DNA of 64,000 nt from an uncultured bacterium (GTDB taxonomy: Bacteria; Actinomycetota; Acidimicrobiia; Spongiisociales; UBA5794): contig CAWDDT010000005.1 of NCBI GenBank assembly GCA_963801165.1, positions 256,001 through 320,000 on the forward strand, given 5' to 3'. The position numbers and the translations under genes are program-made. This document shows, in pieces, positions 58,919-64,000 of this stretch; position 1 is the stretch's first letter; the number at the start of each line of letters is the position of its first letter. Under the pieces are notes generated by a model. It did not search any database. It was not told where the DNA came from and worked only from the letters and a program-made list of their open reading frames with translations.

Positions 58919-59622
58919 TGAGCGCCTCCGGACCGGGGATGCGGGCTCGGATGCGCGAGGACATCGCCGCGGTATTCGAGCGTGACCCTGCCGCTCGCAG
59001 TGTCCCTGAGGTCGTGTTCAACTACCCGGGGATGCACGCCATCTGGATGCATCGGCTCGCCCACCGTCTCTGGAGGAGGAACCGGAGCTTCCTGGCCCGG
59101 CTGCTGAGCCACGTCAACCGCTTCATCACCGGGGTCGAGATCCATCCCGGAGCGACCATCGGCCGGCGCTTCGTCATCGACCACGGCATGGGTGTGGTGA
59201 TCGGCGAGACCACCGAGATCGGGGACGACGTGATGCTCTACCAGGGAGTGACCCTGGGCGGGACAAGCCGCAAGAAGGAGAAACGCCACCCGACTCTCGA
59301 AGATGGGGTTGTCGTCGGCGCCGGCGCCAAGGTCCTGGGCGCCGTCACGGTGGGAACCGGCGCCAGGATCGGCGCCGGCGCCATCGTGGTGCGCGACGTT
59401 CCGCCCGGCGCCACCGTCGTCGGTGTGGCCGGGCGGGTCATCGAACGCCGAAAGCACGACGAGCACCACGTGAACCTGACGGAGAGCAAGGGCGACCACG
59501 ACGTTCGGGTTCTCGAGGTGTTGGTCGACCGGGTCAGCGACCTCGAGATGATCGTCAACGACGCCGTGCTCGCCGTCCCCGGCAACGGCTCCGAGACCTA
59601 CTCGCAAGGCGCCGGGATCTAG
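58918..59622 (+). CDS. cysE: Serine O-acetyltransferase
   Basis: [24 protein letters not shown]...[23 protein letters not shown]; C-terminal Ile. Confidence 0.95.
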   Translation: MSASGPGMRARMREDIAAVFERDPAARSVPEVVFNYPGMHAIWMHRLAHRLWRRNRSFLARLLSHVNRFITGVEIHPGATIGRRFVIDHGMGVVIGETTEIGDDVMLYQGVTLGGTSRKKEKRHPTLEDGVVVGAGAKVLGAVTVGTGARIGAGAIVVRDVPPGATVVGVAGRVIERRKHDEHHVNLTESKGDHDVRVLEVLVDRVSDLEMIVNDAVLAVPGNGSETYSQGAGI

Positions 59623-59788
59623 CAACCTACTGGAGCGGGAAACAGCTTTCCGCGGCCGCGCCACGACCTCGGCTCGATCTGCACGATCGGCGTCGGAGCG
59701 GTCTCGCTCGATGGCGAGGGCGAACAGGGTGCCCAGACCATCAGGCTGGCGGTACGACAGCGTCGCCTCGGCTGTTAGCTTCGCCATC

Positions 59789-60601
59789 ATGGATGATCGC
59801 CTTGCCGACAACCGCGCCAATTGGGATGATCGCGTCCCCATCCACTGGGGTGGATACGACGCCGAGGGATTCATCGACGATCCTGGGCGCATCAGCGATG
59901 TCGTCCGCTACGACTCCGCCGTGCTCGGTGATGTCTCCGGGCAGCGCCTCGTGCATCTGCAATGTCACTTCGGGATGGACACGCTGTCGTGGGCGAGGCT
60001 TGGCGCCGAGGTCACCGGCGTCGACTTCTCCGAGAGCGCTATTGCGGCGGCCAAGGAGCTGAGCGACCGCAGCACCACCCAGGGGCGGTTCGTGGTGGCG
60101 AATGTCTACGACGCCGCCGATGTCCTCGGCGAGCAGTACGACATCGTCTACACCGGCGTCGGCGCGATCTGCTGGATTCCGGATATCGCCACATGGGCGC
60201 GGGTAGTCGCCGCGCTGCTCGAGCCGGGCGGAACCTTCTACATGCGGGAAGCACACCCCGTGCTGTGGGCACTCGACTGGCGCGACGACGGGCAGCTTAT
60301 GTTGGTGTACCCGTACTTCGAGATACCAGACTCGGTACAGGAGGACTTGAATACGACCTACCTCGGCGAGGGAACCATCGAGCACACGACTACCCACTCG
60401 TGGAACCATGGCATCGCAGAAACCTTCGCCGCCCTGGTCGACGCCGGGTTGGTGATCACGACGCTACAGGAGCACAGGGAGTTGGAGTGGCAGGCCATGC
60501 CGACCATGACTCTGGGTGACGACGGGCGGTGGCGGCTCCCGGAGCATCAGCGAGAACTTGCGCCGTTGATGTGGACGATCATCGCCACCAAGCCGCGGTG
60601 A
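59789..60601 (+). CDS. Class I SAM-dependent methyltransferase
   Basis: HLQCHFGMDTLS, VTGVDFS, YDIVYTG.GA..W.PD, L.PGG. Confidence 0.88.
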   Translation: MDDRLADNRANWDDRVPIHWGGYDAEGFIDDPGRISDVVRYDSAVLGDVSGQRLVHLQCHFGMDTLSWARLGAEVTGVDFSESAIAAAKELSDRSTTQGRFVVANVYDAADVLGEQYDIVYTGVGAICWIPDIATWARVVAALLEPGGTFYMREAHPVLWALDWRDDGQLMLVYPYFEIPDSVQEDLNTTYLGEGTIEHTTTHSWNHGIAETFAALVDAGLVITTLQEHRELEWQAMPTMTLGDDGRWRLPEHQRELAPLMWTIIATKPR

Positions 60602-61042
60602 TCAAGCGCGCCATCGGCGGTGCTCGGGGAGCGTCACGTCACCGTAGCCGTTGCAGCGGGCCTCGCCGACAAGTAGCTCGAACAGGACGTAGCGGTCCGC
60701 AGGCGGGTAGGAACACGCGGCGACCACGAGGGCACGAACGTTCGGGTCGGTGATCTCACGGCCGTCGCCCCTGACGAAGAACTCGCCGCCCGAGCCGGCG
60801 TTGTCCGGCACACCGTTGTGGATGGCGTAGACCACGCGTTCGCGGAGGTCGATGCCCTTGGGCGAGGTCGGTTCCATGAACAGGAACAACCCGGTGTCGC
60901 TGATGATCGGGGTTACCGGGTGCACCCGCGGGCTGCCGTTCTTGCGCTGGGTCGCCAGATAGGCCGGTCGCTCGCGGAGCAGTTCCGCGCCAAACGCAGC
61001 GAGCTCGGGCTCGAGTATGGAGAAGTCGGCCCAGGTGATCAT
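60602..61042 (-). CDS. Pyridoxamine 5'-phosphate oxidase-like (flavin/F420-binding) protein
   Basis: AYLATQRKNGSPRVHPV, SPK..DL. Confidence 0.78.
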   Translation of the reverse strand: MITWADFSILEPELAAFGAELLRERPAYLATQRKNGSPRVHPVTPIISDTGLFLFMEPTSPKGIDLRERVVYAIHNGVPDNAGSGGEFFVRGDGREITDPNVRALVVAACSYPPADRYVLFELLVGEARCNGYGDVTLPEHRRWRA

Positions 61043-62001
61043 CCGGTGGTCTCCGTAAACCCGTTGTCCCGCATCCACTCGTCGTTGTAGATCTTCGAGA
61101 CGTAGTTGCGCCCGGAGTCGGGGAGCATGACGACCACCAGATCGTTGGGACGGCGCCGGGCCACGCGGAGCGCACCGGCGACTGCCAGGCCTCCGGAACC
61201 GCCGGCGAACACGCCTTCCACCCTGACCAGACGCCGGGTCATCTCAAACGTCTCGGCGTCGGTGACCATCTCGTACTCGTCGACAACGCTTGGATCGAAG
61301 GTCTCGGGCCAGAAGTCCTCCCCCACTCCCTCGGTCAGGTAGGTGGCGACGTCGTCCTCAGTGTCGGCGGTGTAGATCGATCCCTCGGGGTCGGCGCCGA
61401 CCACCACCAATCCCGGTTTGCGTTCCTTCAGGTATCGGCCGGTCCCGCAAATCGTTCCGCCGGTGCCGATGCCAACCACGAGCACACCGATCGCCCCGTC
61501 GGTCTGCTCCCAGATCTCAGGACCTGTCTGTGCGTAGTGTGCCTCCGGGTTCGCCGGGTTCGAGTACTGGTCGGGACGGTACGAGTTCGGTGTCTCCCGG
61601 GTCAGCCGGTCGGCGACCGAGTAATACGACCGCGGGTCGTCCGGCTCGACGTCGGTGGGGCACACCACTACTTCGGCGCCGTAGGCGCGCAGAAGCGCCC
61701 GCTTCTCTTCGGACTGCTTGTCTGCCATCACCGCGATCAACTTGTAGCCCCGTAGCGCCGCCACCATCGCCAGACCGACTCCGGTGTTGCCGCTGGTCGG
61801 CTCGATGATCGTGCCCCCGGGCTCCAGCCATCCGTTGCGCTCGGCCCGCTCGATCATGCCGAGAGCGATCCGGTCTTTGACCGACCCCCCGGGGTTCATG
61901 TACTCGAGCTTGGCCACCAGGTTCCCCGGTGGATGCAGCCGGCCGAGACGGACCAGAGGCGTCCCGCCGACCGCGTCGATGATGTCCTCACGGATGTCCA
62001 T
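61039..62001 (-). CDS. cbs: Cystathionine beta-synthase, short form without CBS domains
   Basis: [74 protein letters not shown]. Confidence 0.85.
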   Translation of the reverse strand: MDIREDIIDAVGGTPLVRLGRLHPPGNLVAKLEYMNPGGSVKDRIALGMIERAERNGWLEPGGTIIEPTSGNTGVGLAMVAALRGYKLIAVMADKQSEEKRALLRAYGAEVVVCPTDVEPDDPRSYYSVADRLTRETPNSYRPDQYSNPANPEAHYAQTGPEIWEQTDGAIGVLVVGIGTGGTICGTGRYLKERKPGLVVVGADPEGSIYTADTEDDVATYLTEGVGEDFWPETFDPSVVDEYEMVTDAETFEMTRRLVRVEGVFAGGSGGLAVAGALRVARRRPNDLVVVMLPDSGRNYVSKIYNDEWMRDNGFTETTG

Positions 62002-62222
62002 ACGGTCCGGGAGGCTAGTGGCGTGGACGACCATTGCCACCACCTTTGTCGCTCCGCTCCTCGTCCTCCTGAAGAGGGGGACATGACGTTGGCTGCCCCA
62101 CCCACCCCTTTACTTCTCCCTCTGGGACAAGTGGCCGAGCGACGCGAAGGTCGATGAGGGCCTCACCGAATACGGAAGCCGGCGCAGGGCCGGGCGGCCC
62201 TCCCACATGTGACAAACCTCCC

Positions 62223-62241
62223 ACCCCACCCGGGGTGGGGT
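62223..62241. promoter_or_regulatory. CsoR-type operator
   Basis: C/G-tract palindrome ACCCCACCCGGGGTGGGGT upstream of a TAGACT -10 and the leaderless csoR start. Confidence 0.7.
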
Positions 62242-62258
62242 CATGGTAGACTGCGGGT

Positions 62259-62537
62259 ATGAAACCGGAGCACAAGAAGTCAGCGCTCAATCGGCTCAAG
62301 ACCGTACGGGGTCACCTCGATGCCGTCATCTCGATGGTGGAAGAGGAGCGATACTGCCCGGATGTGATGAAGCAGGTCTCTGCGGTGCAGGGATCTCTGG
62401 AGAAGGTCAACCGGATCATTCTCCAGAACCACGTCGAGACGTGCGTGTTGCGTGCCGTGGAAGAAGGCCGCTCGGAGCAGATCGTCGACGAGTTGATGGA
62501 GTCTCTGCGCTACAGCTCCGGAGTAACCGGGCCGTAG
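62259..62537 (+). CDS. csoR: Copper-sensing repressor CsoR
   Basis: RLK...GH....MVEE.RYC.D...Q, H...C ligand pattern. Confidence 0.92.
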   Translation: MKPEHKKSALNRLKTVRGHLDAVISMVEEERYCPDVMKQVSAVQGSLEKVNRIILQNHVETCVLRAVEEGRSEQIVDELMESLRYSSGVTGP

Positions 62538-62572
62538 CCCACCCTCACCCCCAAAACTGAAAGGGAGCAGCC

Positions 62573-62785
62573 ATGACACAGATAACCCTCAACGTCCCCG
62601 ACATCTCGTGCAACCACTGCAAGATGTCTATAGAAGGCGCCGTCAACGCCCTGTCGGGCATCGAGTCGGCTGTTGTCGACATCGAAGGTCGATCGGTCGA
62701 TGTCTCTTTCGATGACACCACCCAGAGCCTCGACTCCATCGTCACCGCCATTGAAGAGCAGGGTTACGAAGTAGCCAACAGCTGA
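62573..62785 (+). CDS. copZ: Copper chaperone CopZ
   Basis: ISCNHC HMA motif; IEEQGYEV. Confidence 0.92.
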   Translation: MTQITLNVPDISCNHCKMSIEGAVNALSGIESAVVDIEGRSVDVSFDDTTQSLDSIVTAIEEQGYEVANS

Positions 62786-64000
62786 TGGCAACCGATACCG
62801 AGACAATCACCCTCGACGTCGAGGGCATGACCTGTGCCTCCTGTGCGCTGCGGATCGAGCGAGTCCTCGGCAAGCAGGAGGGCGTATCCAGCGCCGTCGT
62901 CAACTTCGCCGGGCAGGAGGCCAGAGTCACCGTTGCCCAGGGCGTCCACATCCAGGCGCTCTCGGATGCCGTGTCGAAGCTCGGCTACTCGGTCCACGAG
63001 ATAGCCGAGGGCGAAGAGCGCGAGTCCGTGATCGTGCGCTACTCCCGCGAGGTGGTCTACCAGCGGCGCAACTTCATCCTGGCGGCGTTGATCACTCTGC
63101 CACTGATGGTGCTCGCCATGTTCGGCAACGACGGCGACACCCAGCGCATCCTCCAGGGCGTGCTTGCGGTTCCTGTCGTATTTGTCTTCGGAGCACAGTT
63201 CCACAAGATCGCCTGGAAGCGGGCGCTGACGCTCGACGCCACCATGGACACGCTGGTGTCGGTCGGCACCCTCACGGCATTTATCTACTCGCTGTGGGCG
63301 CTGTTCAGCGACCGACCCGTCTTCTTCGACTCGGCGGCGATGATCATCACCCTCATCCTGCTCGGCCGGTTCTTCGAGGCACGTGCCAAAGGCCAGGCTT
63401 CGCAGGCGGTGACAAAGCTGCTCGAGCTGAGCGCCAGGGAAGCCCGCGTCATCCGCAACGGCGAGCAGGTCATGGTCGACCCACTCGACCTCCGGCCCGG
63501 CGAGACAATGGTGGTTCTCCCCGGCGAGAAGATACCGACCGACGGCGTGGTCACCACCGGGTCCTCGTCGATCGACGAGAGCATGCTGACCGGCGAATCG
63601 ATGCCGGTGAAGCGCGGTCCCGGTGACGACGTCTTCGGCGCCACCGTCAACCAGGAAGGGCGACTCGAGATCGAGGTGCGCCACGTCGGCCCCAACACCG
63701 CGCTCGCCCGGATCGTCAAGCTCGTCGAGGACGCCCAGGCCACCAAGGCGCCGGTGCAACACCTGGCAGACAAGATCGCCGGCGTGTTCGTCCCGACCGT
63801 CATCCTCATCGCCCTCGTCGTCTTCGTGGGCTGGATGATCGGATCGGGCGACATCTCGACGGCTCTTCGCAACAGCGTTGCCGTGATGATCATTGCCTGC
63901 CCGTGCGCCCTCGGGCTGGCCACCCCCACCGCGATCATGGTCGGGTCGGGCCGCGGGGCGGAGCTCGGCATCCTATTCAAGAACGCCGAGGTGTTCGAGC
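62785..64000 (+). CDS. copA: Cu(I) P1B-type ATPase, 3'-truncated by the window edge
   Basis: ATG overlaps the copZ stop; [45 protein letters not shown]. Confidence 0.93.
   Translation, partial: MATDTETITLDVEGMTCASCALRIERVLGKQEGVSSAVVNFAGQEARVTVAQGVHIQALSDAVSKLGYSVHEIAEGEERESVIVRYSREVVYQRRNFILAALITLPLMVLAMFGNDGDTQRILQGVLAVPVVFVFGAQFHKIAWKRALTLDATMDTLVSVGTLTAFIYSLWALFSDRPVFFDSAAMIITLILLGRFFEARAKGQASQAVTKLLELSAREARVIRNGEQVMVDPLDLRPGETMVVLPGEKIPTDGVVTTGSSSIDESMLTGESMPVKRGPGDDVFGATVNQEGRLEIEVRHVGPNTALARIVKLVEDAQATKAPVQHLADKIAGVFVPTVILIALVVFVGWMIGSGDISTALRNSVAVMIIACPCALGLATPTAIMVGSGRGAELGILFKNAEVFE

Overview
High-GC window that looks like an Acidimicrobiia-type actinobacterial chromosome segment. 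This taxonomy is inferred from Cys-bridged SLH-like repeats, leaderless genes, a Nur-type regulator and an LPxTG anchor. It contains about 50 genes: metal homeostasis (Nur-like regulator with a Nur box upstream of a nik/cbiMNQO ECF transporter, two CDF-type transporters, mgtE, csoR-copZ-copA), sulfur amino-acid metabolism (metX, metB-like, cysK-cysE, cbs), a eukaryote-type tandem 6-phosphofructokinase, three PIN/VapC genes, a frameshifted SecA paralogue, several secreted, SLH or lipoprotein genes and a 5727-aa sortase-anchored repeat protein. The most notable unannotated signals are: (1) an AbiEi-N/DUF559 nuclease gene bracketed by ~57-bp inverted, self-palindromic REP-like elements ending in CTAG, with a solo copy 5 kb away; (2) a leaderless poly-Cys leader peptide plus terminator-like hairpin in front of cysK-cysE; (3) a 58-bp duplication of a gene 3' end flanking a DUF998 gene (att-like scar); (4) a 4x14-bp array in the pfk/tetR divergent promoter; (5) a second REP-like repeat family; (6) recurring sigma28/WhiG-like promoter motifs. 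No rRNA, tRNA, CRISPR array or transposase was recognised. All family calls come from motif recognition by eye; no database search was run.
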